DNA of 63,160 bases, filler included, from Globobulimina sp. (lineage: Eukaryota): assembly GCA_003354225.1 (NCBI GenBank). It is 52 parts of 52 records of this genome, joined end to end, with 100 filler letters (N's around TTAATTAATTAA, not from the genome) between each part and the next. Parts side by side here need not be neighbours in the genome. Positions count along the whole stretch, not along the records: positions 1 to 1,117 come from PIVH01023050.1; positions 1,218 to 2,334 come from PIVH01023051.1; positions 2,435 to 3,551 come from PIVH01023052.1; positions 3,652 to 4,768 come from PIVH01023053.1; positions 4,869 to 5,985 come from PIVH01023054.1; positions 6,086 to 7,202 come from PIVH01023055.1; positions 7,303 to 8,419 come from PIVH01023056.1; positions 8,520 to 9,636 come from PIVH01023057.1; 44 more parts are not named here. One strand, written 5' to 3'. The notes below the pieces were generated by a model. It made no database searches and had not been told where the DNA came from. It was given only the letters and a program-made list of their open reading frames with translations. This document shows, one piece after another, positions 1 through 11,520 of the stretch (the stretch's first letter is position 1; each line of letters starts with the position of its first letter). Made by a program: the position numbers and the translations under genes.

Positions 1-37
1 TCTTTGGATCAATCTATTCATCACCAACACAACTTGC

Positions 38-712
38 ATGTTGCCGAAGTATGAACAGATTTTTTGTGATAAATCAATTTCAATGACGAAAAAATGCGAA
101 TCTATCGCTTCCAAGTTATTACCGGATATACAAGATATTATTCCATCTGTTGATGCACCGCCAATATTGGAAGTATTTGAGCAAATCTTACCAGTGGTTC
201 TTTGGATGAAATTCAAAAACTGTGATGATTTAAGTTTTGATAAATTGTGGAGGATAGCTATGGTTTTCCCAAATAAATATCTTTTGCTCGTATTCATAAA
301 TCATAAAATACCAATGAGCGATGCTACGAAACATTTTATTATCGCAAAACTACTGCGCTGTACTTTGGATTCGTTGATAGAAACTAGATTTGCAACAGAT
401 ACAGTAATGCAAAAAGAAGAAGAGCTGTTAACAAATGAATATATATTTGATGCAAAGATTGTATTTGAAACCGCATTGTTAATGGAATACAATGATGATG
501 CATTGATTCGTTTCATTGATCGGTTGTGTTGGATGGGCAAAATCAATATGAATGAGAAAAGTGGTGAAATTATAATAGGGATCGCAGACAACAGAAACCG
601 CTTCGGCCTTAGGGACGCGTTAAAATTCCGACGATCGGCACCTGTGATGCCTCGCGCTTTGATGACAGATAATAGCGGTTCTGTTACATCTCGCAGTTGT
701 GTGGTAATGTGA
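38..712 (+). CDS. Hypothetical protein (possibly 5'-partial)
   Basis: 224-aa ORF with no recognised motif. Confidence 0.45.
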   Translation: MLPKYEQIFCDKSISMTKKCESIASKLLPDIQDIIPSVDAPPILEVFEQILPVVLWMKFKNCDDLSFDKLWRIAMVFPNKYLLLVFINHKIPMSDATKHFIIAKLLRCTLDSLIETRFATDTVMQKEEELLTNEYIFDAKIVFETALLMEYNDDALIRFIDRLCWMGKINMNEKSGEIIIGIADNRNRFGLRDALKFRRSAPVMPRALMTDNSGSVTSRSCVVM

Positions 713-880
713 AGAATAAATGATTCATCAAACTCATAATTATGTAAAAGTGATTGTTAATAAATTAAAATGATCGAAAAGAGAAACAAAACAACCGAAT
801 TTTAATGAAATTAATCAATTAAAGTGTGTTTTTGTGTGTTTTTGGATCGCTACAAAAAACTTAAAAAATCCGAGAAAACT

Positions 881-1117
881 TTAAAATTGACAACGAATCT
901 GCACACAAATTCTTGTATCATTTAAAAATGCATATTTATGCAGATAATTTGGACATGAATTTGATTGAATTGCTTGTATTCCATGAACAATATCTGCGTT
1001 TTTGCTGGCATCAAATATTAAACAATCACCACTTTCAAAATCAAACAGCAGGCCATCTTTCATACTCTTTCCTTTGGCCCAGAATTCCGCAGTGCATCCC
1101 AATGAATATAAAAATAT
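881..1117 (-). CDS. 2OG-Fe(II) dioxygenase (AlkB-like), C-terminal fragment
   Basis: ESGDCLIF...IVHGI...RICVQIR matches the AlkB-type distal His and R-x5-R strand. Confidence 0.65.
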   Translation of the reverse strand: MFLYSLGCTAEFWAKGKSMKDGLLFDFESGDCLIFDASKNADIVHGIQAIQSNSCPNYLHKYAFLNDTRICVQIRCQF

Positions 1118-1217
1118 NNNNNNNNNNNNNNNNNNNNNNNNNNNNNNNNNNNNNNNNNNNNTTAATTAATTAANNNNNNNNNNNNNNNNNNNNNNNNNNN
1201 NNNNNNNNNNNNNNNNN
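1118..1217. other. Artificial contig spacer (first of 51), with stops in all six frames
   Basis: N44-TTAATTAATTAA-N44 recurs every 1217/1216 bp; 28x1117 + 24x1116 + 51x100 = 63160. Confidence 0.99.
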
Positions 1218-1874
1218 AACAGTTTTTCAAAATATCCTGGAGAAAAAGAATATTTATTCATTCAAAACCAGAGGAAGTTGATAATTGACAATATTTTGGA
1301 TGTTAAAACTGGATATGAATATGCTTTGATTTTAAATGCTTTAAAAACAATCAATGTAATAACGTATTATCAAAAAGAAGTGCTACATATTGGTCTTGCT
1401 TTAGAACATTTAATTGTAGCTATTATTCGTCATCAACTATCATATGCATCGTTTAAATCATTAAGTGAATACGGTAAGGAAATAGTTCACCGGTATTTTC
1501 AAAGAACAAATTTTGTACAATTTCATTATTCATGCATGAAGCAGTCAAAATGGAGCATATTATTTGAAGAACTGTGTCATGTGCAATATGAATGGATTAG
1601 AATGCGAAAGATTGTTGAATTATTTCCAAATAATAAATTGATCAAAGTAAAAAATATAGTATTGAATGAATCAATGTTTGAGGATATTTTGCGTGATTTA
1701 AATGATGAAAATATTAAAATCAGTGTAAAAAAAATTATTATTTTTGCATCATTTCAAAAAGATAGTGAAGTTGCAGCCTTTGAAACGAAATTCAAACAAT
1801 CGTTTAAAAACATTGGATATATAATACAAGCATTTGATAACGTCATTTCTATTGAAAGATTTAATATCTTTTGA
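1218..1874 (+). CDS. ADP-ribosyltransferase-like protein (5'-partial) with C-terminal domain shared with 59635-60728
   Basis: Frame is open from the contig start: NSFSKYPGEKEYLFIQ (ExE motif); FKSLSEYGKEIVH and EWIRMRKIVELFPN align with the 59635-60728 protein. Confidence 0.6.
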   Translation, partial: NSFSKYPGEKEYLFIQNQRKLIIDNILDVKTGYEYALILNALKTINVITYYQKEVLHIGLALEHLIVAIIRHQLSYASFKSLSEYGKEIVHRYFQRTNFVQFHYSCMKQSKWSILFEELCHVQYEWIRMRKIVELFPNNKLIKVKNIVLNESMFEDILRDLNDENIKISVKKIIIFASFQKDSEVAAFETKFKQSFKNIGYIIQAFDNVISIERFNIF

Positions 1875-1940
1875 TTAAAATAAAAACCTTGCAATAGGGC
1901 TCTCCGATAAGTACTGATGTTTTTTGCTGTTAATTAATTA

Positions 1941-2117
1941 GTCACTATGTGACTATTTGTGACTATTTGTGACTTTTTAGTGACAAAAACGAAAATGAGC
2001 AACTATTTAGTAACTATTTCAATACAAAAACGAAAATATGCAACTACAAAAACGGAAAATGGTGAAACATAGGCAACTATTTAGGAAACATAGGCAACTA
2101 TTTAGGCGACTATTTAA
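1941..2117 (+). repeat. Array of short motifs (ACTATTT, AAAAACGAAAAT, GAAACATAGGCAACTATTTAG x2)
   Basis: Repeated motifs visible directly. Confidence 0.7.
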
Positions 2118-2258
2118 CTTGTGTAGGCTCCGAAAAGGTTTTTTTGTTTTTTACTGATCTTATCAAACACCAGTCACCAATCGTCGCTATGCCGGTGTCT
2201 CATCGTAATATATTTAAAAAAAATAACTCGGTTCATAGGCCAAAGCGAAATTTCAATG

Positions 2259-2334
2259 TATCGCTTAGCTCAAGAAGAGCACTGGAATGAATGTATATAT
2301 CCAGTAGATTCAGGTTCAAATCCTGAGGCGATCC
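2259..2334 (+). ncRNA. tRNA-like element (pseudo-tRNA or SINE head), family A
   Basis: Acceptor ATCGCT/GGCGAT; D-arm GCTC-AAGAA-GAGC; stem CTGGA/TCCAG with a 13-nt loop; T-arm TCAGG-TTCAAAT-CCTGA. Confidence 0.7.
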
Positions 2335-2557
2335 NNNNNNNNNNNNNNNNNNNNNNNNNNNNNNNNNNNNNNNNNNNNTTAATTAATTAANNNNNNNNNN
2401 NNNNNNNNNNNNNNNNNNNNNNNNNNNNNNNNNNCAAAATATCATGTGTCCCAGATAGCTCTTTTCATATAACTTGGGCTATAGGAAGGTTAGCGAGCTG
2501 AAACTTGGTATACTAGTAGAGGTGTGTGTTGCCTACATTCGCTCTACCTGACATCGA

Positions 2558-2576
2558 CTAGCGCCCCCTGGTGGCA
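2558..2576 (-). promoter_or_regulatory. CTCF-consensus-like motif in a non-coding, probably animal repeat contig
   Basis: Minus strand reads TGCCACCAGGGGGCGCTAG. Confidence 0.4.
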
Positions 2577-3651
2577 GAACAATGAAACAAAAACCAATTT
2601 TAACTCAGGGTCCAAAAAATGACCATTTTTGAAATGTCCGCCATTTACTCAAAAAAGCAGATACGAATACGATTCTTCGCCCATAACATTCGTCGTCACT
2701 TCAGCTTTCCGATGAAAAAAGGATTTAGTCTCTAGTGTCATTTTTGGCGAAGTTACGATCTCCGGAACAAAAAGTTCTGAAACGGGGCAAATATGGCGAT
2801 TTTCTTACCTTGACATTGGTGACTAAATCGATCATAACTCCTGACTCAGTTAACAGAATCCAAAGTTCTGCCTATCAAACAAACCCTACGGACGTGTTCT
2901 GTTTTAGTAGCCTACCCAAACTGCCGGATCTCGACCTTAGCTGGCAGGAAAACACCCTTTCTAACCTCATGTTGAAATTAATTACATTGACCAATCAACT
3001 TTATGGGCATTTTTCGCATCAAATAGAAGAGTATTTTAAAAAACTAACATTTGCGTTTGATGCGCCTTTTGATAAGCTTTCGAATGGTATATAACAAGTT
3101 GGAATTAGCTAAATTTTTAAACTGGTCCAAACCACATTTCTGTCGGACAACCATATTTTGAGCACTAAATTCTCCAAAAAAATACATTTTACCAGCTATT
3201 AATCAGTCAGTAATGAACGAAATTTGGTCTGAACGACAGTTTACATTCCGGAATACAAGTGGGGACTGAAATTAAATTTGCACATCAGGCGGGTTCAATC
3301 CCAGCCATGAGAACTTTTTTTTAATTTTTTTTATTTAGTTTGATATTTTTATTTTCTTTCTTTTTGTTACATAGAAAGTGCCAGAATTAACATAAAATAT
3401 GTATCGACATAACAAATAAGGTATATTCGGATTATTCATACAATGACTAATGACAGTATGAAGGTCTAATCAACTATCAATCACCAAATCAATTGTTAAA
3501 TAATCAGACAAGGAATGATACCTAACCGACATTACATACATCCTATATCTANNNNNNNNNNNNNNNNNNNNNNNNNNNNNNNNNNNNNNNNNNNNTTAAT
3601 TAATTAANNNNNNNNNNNNNNNNNNNNNNNNNNNNNNNNNNNNNNNNNNNN

Positions 3652-4768
3652 ACATTTTAATTATTGGTTCTCGTATGCACTCTGGTTTGCAATCGATGCC
3701 ATTTTAGGCGCGTGCCTTGTGTATGCCGTGCAATTTGCGTTTTATCCCTGGCAAAATTGCCTTTTATTTTGGATTATGAATTTATTATTTGCGTTGTGTA
3801 TGGCGCTGCTCAGTATGGCAATCATCAAAATATTGCCAGCAAACTTAGCAGGCGGCGGCATGTATGTCATCATATTTTTGTCGTGCACAAGTTTATTATT
3901 GCATCGTTTTGTTGGCGAAGCCTCATTTATGCTCAAAATGGCAATGTCTTTGATTCCAGCCAATGCACTGAATTATGGCATGCAAGCTTTGGGTGATTTT
4001 CAAAGCACAGATATCCGGTATTTCGATCCATTTCAAATGCAGAATTTCTCATTTTGTCATGCGTTGATGATGTTTGCTGTGGATGTCGGTATTTATTTGG
4101 TGTTGCTCAAAATGATAACGAGAGGCCAAAAAGCAATATTGAAAGAGTTTGATGAGAAGCAAACGAGTGATGCCATTATCGAGGCATGCAATAAGAACGA
4201 GATTGTGAATATCCAGCATTTAACCAAAAAGTTTGGCTCATGCACTGCCGTCGACGATGTTTCGCTCAAGTTCTATGAATCTGAAGTGACAGCGTTAATT
4301 GGCCACAATGGTTGTGGAAGTTTAGTAAATTCATTTTATTTTTTAATTCAGTTTTTTCTGATATTCATTGAATGTATAATATAGAGACCACAATGCTCAA
4401 CATGTTGGCTGGGAAATTTTACCCGACGCATGGCAATGCATTTATTGATGGTTATAGCATCAACACAGAACGGGATAAAATAGTGGATACCATCGGTATT
4501 TGCCCTCAGAAAGATCATGGGTGGCTGCTTTTGACTGTATCTCAACATTTGATGTTTATGAATAAAGTGAGAGGTATGAATCCAAACAGTACTCATGAAA
4601 TTGAACGCATGTTGGAAGAGATTGGGTTGAGCCACAAAAAAGAGAGTGCCTTTAGTACGCTGTCTGGTGGTGAATTGCGAAAATTGAGTATTGCGATGTG
4701 TTTCGTTGGCGATCCAAAGATTTTATTGTTCGATGAGCCCAGCAATCGTTTGGACAATCTGTCGAGAC
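3652..4768 (+). CDS. ABC transporter subfamily A (partial, spliced; intron 4320-4384)
   Basis: TM region, then Walker A GHNGCG/KTT restored by removing the GT-AG intron; GICPQ, LSGGELRKL, LLFDEP. Confidence 0.92.
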
Positions 4769-4973
4769 NNNNNNNNNNNNNNNNNNNNNNNNNNNNNNNN
4801 NNNNNNNNNNNNTTAATTAATTAANNNNNNNNNNNNNNNNNNNNNNNNNNNNNNNNNNNNNNNNNNNNTATGAAAACGTTCGCAAATGGCTCGATTGTGC
4901 AAATAATATCATTCTAAACCAGCAAAATAATAAAAATGATAAAAAAAATAAAATCAATTTTTCAGGTGGCTTT

Positions 4974-5985
4974 ATGGACGAATTTAACTTAAATTGCTCG
5001 CTTTGCTATTTATTATCAGACAAAAATTACGATTCTTCTTTAAAATATCTATTAAAAATCGACGATTCCATCATGAAAAAATGTGGATTGTACGCCATTG
5101 CTTCGTGCATTTACCGCGGTTTTCGAGATATTGACAATGCATTCAAATGCGCCACAATTGGCGTTAAACACAGTAGCGATATCAACGGAATTATGACCAA
5201 TTCCGCCTATGCCATTTTGTTGAACGAAACTGGAAAATATGTGGAGGCTGATAAGCATTTTCAGATTGCTTTGGAAATCGATAAAGAAAAAAAAGACTTC
5301 GAATTGATCGAAAGTTACAGCGAATCGTTGGAACATTACTGCAGAAATTATGAAAAGTCGCTATTTTATGCAAAATTGCTGGAAAAAATAGCTTGCGACG
5401 ATTCTGAAATCTGTCGGTCGTTCATAAGGATGGCGACGATTTACTTTCATTTGGATAACAAACCGAAATCGAATAAATATTTCAATTTGTCGCTGTCGTA
5501 TATGGAGCGTATAACAAATACTTTGGAGAAGGAGTACATTTATCAAACCTTTGGATATTCTTATTTGATCAGAAAACAATACAAATTGTCGCTGAAATAT
5601 CTGTTGAATTCGTACGAAATCGACCCGCGGGAGCCAGGCATCACCGGTTTGCTCGCGATCTGTTTGTACGAAATGGAGAAAGAAATGGAATCTATTCATT
5701 ATTTGCAAAAATCTATAAATGATGTTATTGAAATAAACGATCCTTTTGTTGGTCCGAAAGTGCTTAAATATTTTTCAAATATCTTATTCAAACAAAATGA
5801 ATATACCAAATTGTTGGATGTGTTGTTGTTGTTAATCAATCGGAATGTGATTAGAATAAATGTGGATGAAATCTATTATTTAATCTCGCGATGTTATTCC
5901 AAGTTGCTACGATTTGAGGATGCTTTAATTTATTTGCAGAAAGCAAATCAGATCAATCCTACGAGGAAAATATATAAAAATCAAA
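4974..5985 (+). CDS. TPR-repeat protein (partial)
   Basis: Repeated helical units such as EADKHFQIALEID and EDALIYLQKANQINP. Confidence 0.8.
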
Positions 5986-6524
5986 NNNNNNNNNNNNNNN
6001 NNNNNNNNNNNNNNNNNNNNNNNNNNNNNTTAATTAATTAANNNNNNNNNNNNNNNNNNNNNNNNNNNNNNNNNNNNNNNNNNNNAATTCTGACTATTAT
6101 TCTTTTGATATGTTCAGTATAAAATGATAATTAAGTTTTAATATTTACATTAATTTGAAGACACACACATATTCGGCCATTATACAAGAACTGGCGAATA
6201 TAACTATCATCATAATCCTTACAGCAATTGGATGATCCCGTTTCAACGTTGTGTTTTCTGCTCCAGGCACACTGTTTGCACTCATCTGGGGATTGAATAT
6301 GATGCTATATTCTGTGATTGCAATGGATAATACGATCGATAAACATCGGAGTTTCCCAGAAATTTCAAACGGTAATTTTTTGTATTCCTTTGAAAATTCA
6401 ATGTTAATTTGTATAGATTTTGAACCATATGGTGTTTGGGTGTATGTAACGGTGTTGTTAAAGTGGATGCTTCTTTTTCTTGATTCAGGGAATAACCAAT
6501 ACAATGCACAAAAACTCGGACTCA

Positions 6525-7202
6525 ATGCATTAGAAAGAGGACCAGGATTGATCCTCGAAATTATAATCTTTGAGTGTGTATTCCCGGATGGATTTCTTTG
6601 CTGAATTTTACGAACAAGAAAAGGAATAAAAAACGTTTTCAATATATGTACAACTGTCTGTAAACAATATACTGTTAAATCCCAGCAGTAAAATTGGCCA
6701 AATTAATAATATGAAAATGAATAATACAATGCCATGAAAGATACAAATGTTTGATGTATCAATGCCTTGATTCATATTTACAGGTTGCTCTTCTTGCTGT
6801 TCCTCTTCATCTTCTTCCTCAGCTTCTGCTGATTTATCATACGCTGTACCATCACTGTTTTTTTTCTTCGAAAGAAGCGAATCAGTTTCATTATCTGATG
6901 ATTCTGCATTAGAAAGAGGAACAATCACAGAAAGTGTGTATTCCCGGATGTATTTTTTTGCTGAATATTGCATGGTTATATTACAAACAGAAAAGCAATA
7001 AAAAACTTTTTCAATATATATATATATATTTGTATACCTGTAAAATTGGCCAAATAATACGAATATAAATAGTACAATTCCATGAAAGATACAAATGTTT
7101 GATGTATCACTGTCTTGATTCATATTTACAGGTTGTTCTTCTTGCTCTTCCTCTTCATCTTCTTCCTCGTCTTCTGCTGATTTATCATACGCCGTATCAT
7201 CA
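6525..7202 (-). repeat. Diverged ~350-380 bp tandem duplication within a degenerate membrane-protein ORF
   Basis: TGCATTAGAAAGAGGA, TGTGTATTCCCGGATG and CCATGAAAGATACAAATGTTTGATGTATCA each occur twice; NQxxDTSNICIFHGIVLFIF occurs twice in the 6608-7123 ORF. Confidence 0.8.
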
Positions 7203-7416
7203 NNNNNNNNNNNNNNNNNNNNNNNNNNNNNNNNNNNNNNNNNNNNTTAATTAATTAANNNNNNNNNNNNNNNNNNNNNNNNNNNNNNNNNNNNNNNNNN
7301 NNATCATACATTTGGCACCGAGCAGTGCTCAAAACTTAGTTCAAAACATCAAGTTCTCAAAGCACTAGTCCGATCATCATGGTTCTTTTTTCTGGTTTCA
7401 ACCATACATCAACAGT

Positions 7417-8419
7417 ATGTATCCTATCCTAATACTATCCTATACTTTATTTCAAATACAAACAATGCAGAAATGCTCCATTGACCAACCTATAACCATT
7501 GGACGAAAAAGCACAGCAAACCGTTTTAGGAGTGTTGACGGTGAACCGTCAGAATGTTTCTTATACGATACAACAGCCAAACCAACAACGATCGAAAGAA
7601 TTTTTGGTGAGCAATATCATGTTTTAGATAAATACAAAGGTCATCAGATTACCATAGCATTTGTGTTGTCAGTAATCGCAGTATACACTATTCAGGGAAC
7701 ATATGAGTATATGGCTATTGCGGGAAGATATTATACCGCAGCGGTTTGGGATTTCGGTCCCGCAGAATATCAACGGTTTAGATTTGTAGGTAACTTACCG
7801 AATTCTTTTAAATTCGTAAATGGATTACTCATTGATACAGTAGTGATATTTGGATATAAACGCAAATCCTATTTACTGATCGGCAGCACATTGCTTCCAA
7901 TTTCCATTTTCTTGCTGATATATTTTGCAGACAATTATGGATTACATTTATTTTTATTTACAACGGGCATATGGTGCCAAGCATTGTGTGATGTGGTGAT
8001 TGATGCACTCATTGTACAACGAACTGAGTTTTGTTATATTTATTAATGTAATATATTCAGATCACAATTAAGCAAAAACAGATTTAAGTCGCATACCGTT
8101 GCGACCAGATTACAATGTTTGGCCTATGGTTCCCGATACACTTCATCCATCGCCGGATTATTGGTTTCAACGCAAATGTATTCTTCTGGTGAACCGCATG
8201 ATATTTTGAGAGCATATTGGTTATATTTTGCGCTATCATTATTAGCTCCTTTTTGTAGTTTCTTTATATACGAAAAACGGCAAAAACAACATTCCAAAAA
8301 AGCTGAATCATTTGAATTGAAATTATTGTCCAAAACTACTGGGCCAAATGATGAGTATATCCATCCGACATATTCATTGACAGAGACATTATATTTAATC
8401 TTTGAAACATTATGCAGGA
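7417..8419 (+). CDS. Folate-biopterin (BT1/FBT) MFS transporter, partial, spliced (intron 8028 to 8060 or 8081)
   Basis: KFVNGLLIDTVVIFGYKRKSY and ALCDVVIDALIVQR; both candidate acceptors join the 8119 ORF in frame. Confidence 0.8.
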
Positions 8420-8519
8420 NNNNNNNNNNNNNNNNNNNNNNNNNNNNNNNNNNNNNNNNNNNNTTAATTAATTAANNNNNNNNNNNNNNNNNNNNNNNNN
8501 NNNNNNNNNNNNNNNNNNN

Positions 8520-9390
8520 GGTTTGGTCATGGGGCATCAACACATGCGGTCAATGTGGGCATAGTGCAGACATCAAAACTATTCCCGTTCCAAAAATGAT
8601 TGAAGCGTTAAAAAATGAAAATATTTACAAGATCCGCTGTGGAAATTTTCATTCTTATGTCTGTACTGAAGATGAAAAACATTATATTTTCGGTCAAAAT
8701 GGTTATAGACAATGCATAAAAGAGGGTGGCAATCAATATGGTGCTGATCTTCTTGAAACGTATGTAATGAACAAACAACTTAATGAGGTAACCGGTGGGA
8801 AAATATTGAAGGATATTGATTTAGGAATCAGTAGTTCCGTGTTTATATTTGCTGATAAATCACCGATATCAAATGTTACACAGAATATTATTGGTGATAA
8901 TAAGGAGGATATCGAGAATACAGAATTTAAAAACTTATCAAAGAAATATAAAAATTTGGTGTTATTACAAGAAAGCAATAAAAATGAAATTTTAAGATTG
9001 AGAGAAGAGAATAATAAAATAATGGATGAGCATAAAGAATTAGAATATAAATATAATGCTTTAGAAAGTGAATATAATTCAATAAAAAAAGAGTTAGGAC
9101 CCAAGTGGTGGGAATTGGATAGCAACGACATTGCAAATTGGATAATTAATATCGATAAAGAAAGATTTAATAAATATCGTAAAGAATTAGTTACAAATAT
9201 TACCAATGAATGTATTGATGGGAGTTTGTTAAAACATTTATATAGACAAAAATGATTTGCATCGTTTAGGAATTATACAATTTAAAGATATAAATTAGAT
9301 ATATTTACTGCTATACAAGAATTAGTGGCCAATGTTGAAAATAAAAAACAAAAACATCAGGAGGGATATACCATGGCCAATTACATTTGA
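8520..9390 (+). pseudogene. RCC1-repeat + coiled-coil + SAM protein, frameshifted in the SAM domain
   Basis: IRCGNFHS and FGQNGYRQC (RCC1); IANWI..IDGSLL, then out-of-frame DKNDLHRLGIIQFKD and KLDIFTAIQEL. Confidence 0.75.
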
Positions 9391-10953
9391 CAGGCTGTGC
9401 GGTATAGATTGTATTTGTACTTCCTATTCTAAAGTATAATAAATAACACTGTTTCTAATTATATAGACTGCTCCGACTCGCAAATCAGATACAATGAAAA
9501 ATCACGCGTTGCCACAAAAACGAAGGAATCTCTGTGGTTGAAAGTAGGTGGTTTTTTATTGTGGTGTAAAGAAACCTAAAAAGTCAAGTGTATCTACAAA
9601 TAAAGATTGCACTTAAATGTGATATTTTCATCTTTTNNNNNNNNNNNNNNNNNNNNNNNNNNNNNNNNNNNNNNNNNNNNTTAATTAATTAANNNNNNNN
9701 NNNNNNNNNNNNNNNNNNNNNNNNNNNNNNNNNNNNATTTATATATCAATGAAATAGAACTAATATACCAGAGACATATTATATTATTTTATTTATATAT
9801 GGATTTATTGGATATCAAGTCAAAGAAAAGAAAGATATTATAAATATTGAGAATATTAATTGAGAATAATAATTCAAACAAAGCTTTAGCAATTTACGAA
9901 TATGTTAGCATTAACAGCTTGCATGAATTGTTTGAATTATTATGTTTGACTGTATAACAAACTAAGATCCAATTTGTGTGATGAGACGCACTTTAACATT
10001 CCAACACATACAAACGCATATTCCATCACCCTACAAGCAATTATTATTGATCCCCGTTCTGTCATGGTGACCAGTACAGTTACTACAGTACCACATCTTT
10101 CTAGAAAACCTCTACTTTGAATTAAGAAAAACCATGTCTGCTGCACGCGCACGCTGTTGAATAACCATCACAAGCAGGTCGTATGATGATGGGCTATCAT
10201 AATATAAAAGAATTAGCCTGTCAAAAAAAATAATTTTTTCACAATGTTCTGTCTGAGAGAAAAACAAAATATATTGTCTTTCATACCAATAATATGAAAA
10301 ATAAGTATGGTGTTATCCGATCTGAACCGGGAACGTTTGTTAAATATGTTGGGTATTACTTAAGTTATGATCTTTCACCACGTATCCACATAAATCACAT
10401 TGTGTATAAAAAAGAAAACATACACAGGAAACACACAGTAACACAGAGTAACTCACACAGACATTCACAAATAAAACAACAAATAAACAGTCAATTTTAT
10501 TAAAAAACTAGCGGAAAAAAAATAGAAAAAATCTTTGGAACGCACGATAGAAATAAAATATATATTGATGCTATATATTCAATCTTGATTTTATTCCTAA
10601 AAAGTTTAATTGATACAAATAATGGCTTTTGAATTTAAGTCAAGATTAGATGATTCCAGGCTTATAAGGATTTATATGCATGTTATCTTTCAACCTATTT
10701 CTTTAGGTTTATACCTTGGAAATCGTTTTCGATTGATTTTATTTGTTTTGTATGAAGATAAGAAGTTAATTTAATTTACACAACTTAGTTTGCAGTTTCT
10801 CCTTGAAAAAAAAAAAAAAAAAATAATTTTTTTTTAAAATAAAAAAATTTTTANNNNNNNNNNNNNNNNNNNNNNNNNNNNNNNNNNNNNNNNNNNNTTA
10901 ATTAATTAANNNNNNNNNNNNNNNNNNNNNNNNNNNNNNNNNNNNNNNNNNNN

Positions 10954-11520
10954 AACACTCAATATTACAAAACAGACAAACCGAAACCAAAGAAACTGAT
11001 CAAACGCATTGACAACCCATGGATTGCAAAGTTCAAACGCGAAGGCGTAAAACAGCCACAATTGGCCCGTGTGATGCGGAAAGAAAATAAAAAAGCACCG
11101 AGGAGGCTCATTGTGCAGACACAAGAGGAAAATTCAATTGCTACTGTACAGAAACGGCAATTACCACCGGCTCCCATTAAAAAGCGCAAATTGCCGCCAG
11201 TGCCACCTAAGGACTCCAAATTTGAGAGCAAAAACACGGCAAAATATAATAGTTCTACTTCTACGCTGTATGGCATTGCGAAGCAGTATACAGTGAGCGA
11301 AAAAAAGCAGGAAACTTCGACGATTGCGTTGTCGTTTAATATGGATGGAATGTCAATGTCCTTTTCGTATTCGCCTCCTCTGGCAAATAAGAAAAAAAAT
11401 GCAGATGCGGCCATAGCTCCATTGGAGAGTAATAATGGAAATATGAGTGATGAGGATAGAGAGAGTGAGCACGAGCAAGGAGCTGTTGATCAGTATGCAT
11501 TTTTTTATGTAATTAATTAA
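10954..11520 (+). CDS. Hypothetical Lys/Pro-rich protein fragment
   Basis: Open frame containing RQLPPAP and RKLPPVPPK (SH3-ligand-like). Confidence 0.45.
   Translation, partial: NTQYYKTDKPKPKKLIKRIDNPWIAKFKREGVKQPQLARVMRKENKKAPRRLIVQTQEENSIATVQKRQLPPAPIKKRKLPPVPPKDSKFESKNTAKYNSSTSTLYGIAKQYTVSEKKQETSTIALSFNMDGMSMSFSYSPPLANKKKNADAAIAPLESNNGNMSDEDRESEHEQGAVDQYAFFYVIN

Noticed and set aside
1162-1173. TTAATTAATTAA recurring at regular spacing
   Set aside because: Artificial linker embedded in Ns; not a CRISPR or biological repeat
2735-3094. 119-aa ORF
   Set aside because: GTG start, no motifs, and lies in repeat-like DNA
3288-3322. B-box-like GGGTTCAATCCC followed by a T-run
   Set aside because: No A-box, D-arm or acceptor pairing found upstream
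9737-10853. Short ORFs in an AT-rich contig
   Set aside because: No recognisable motif; multiple stops
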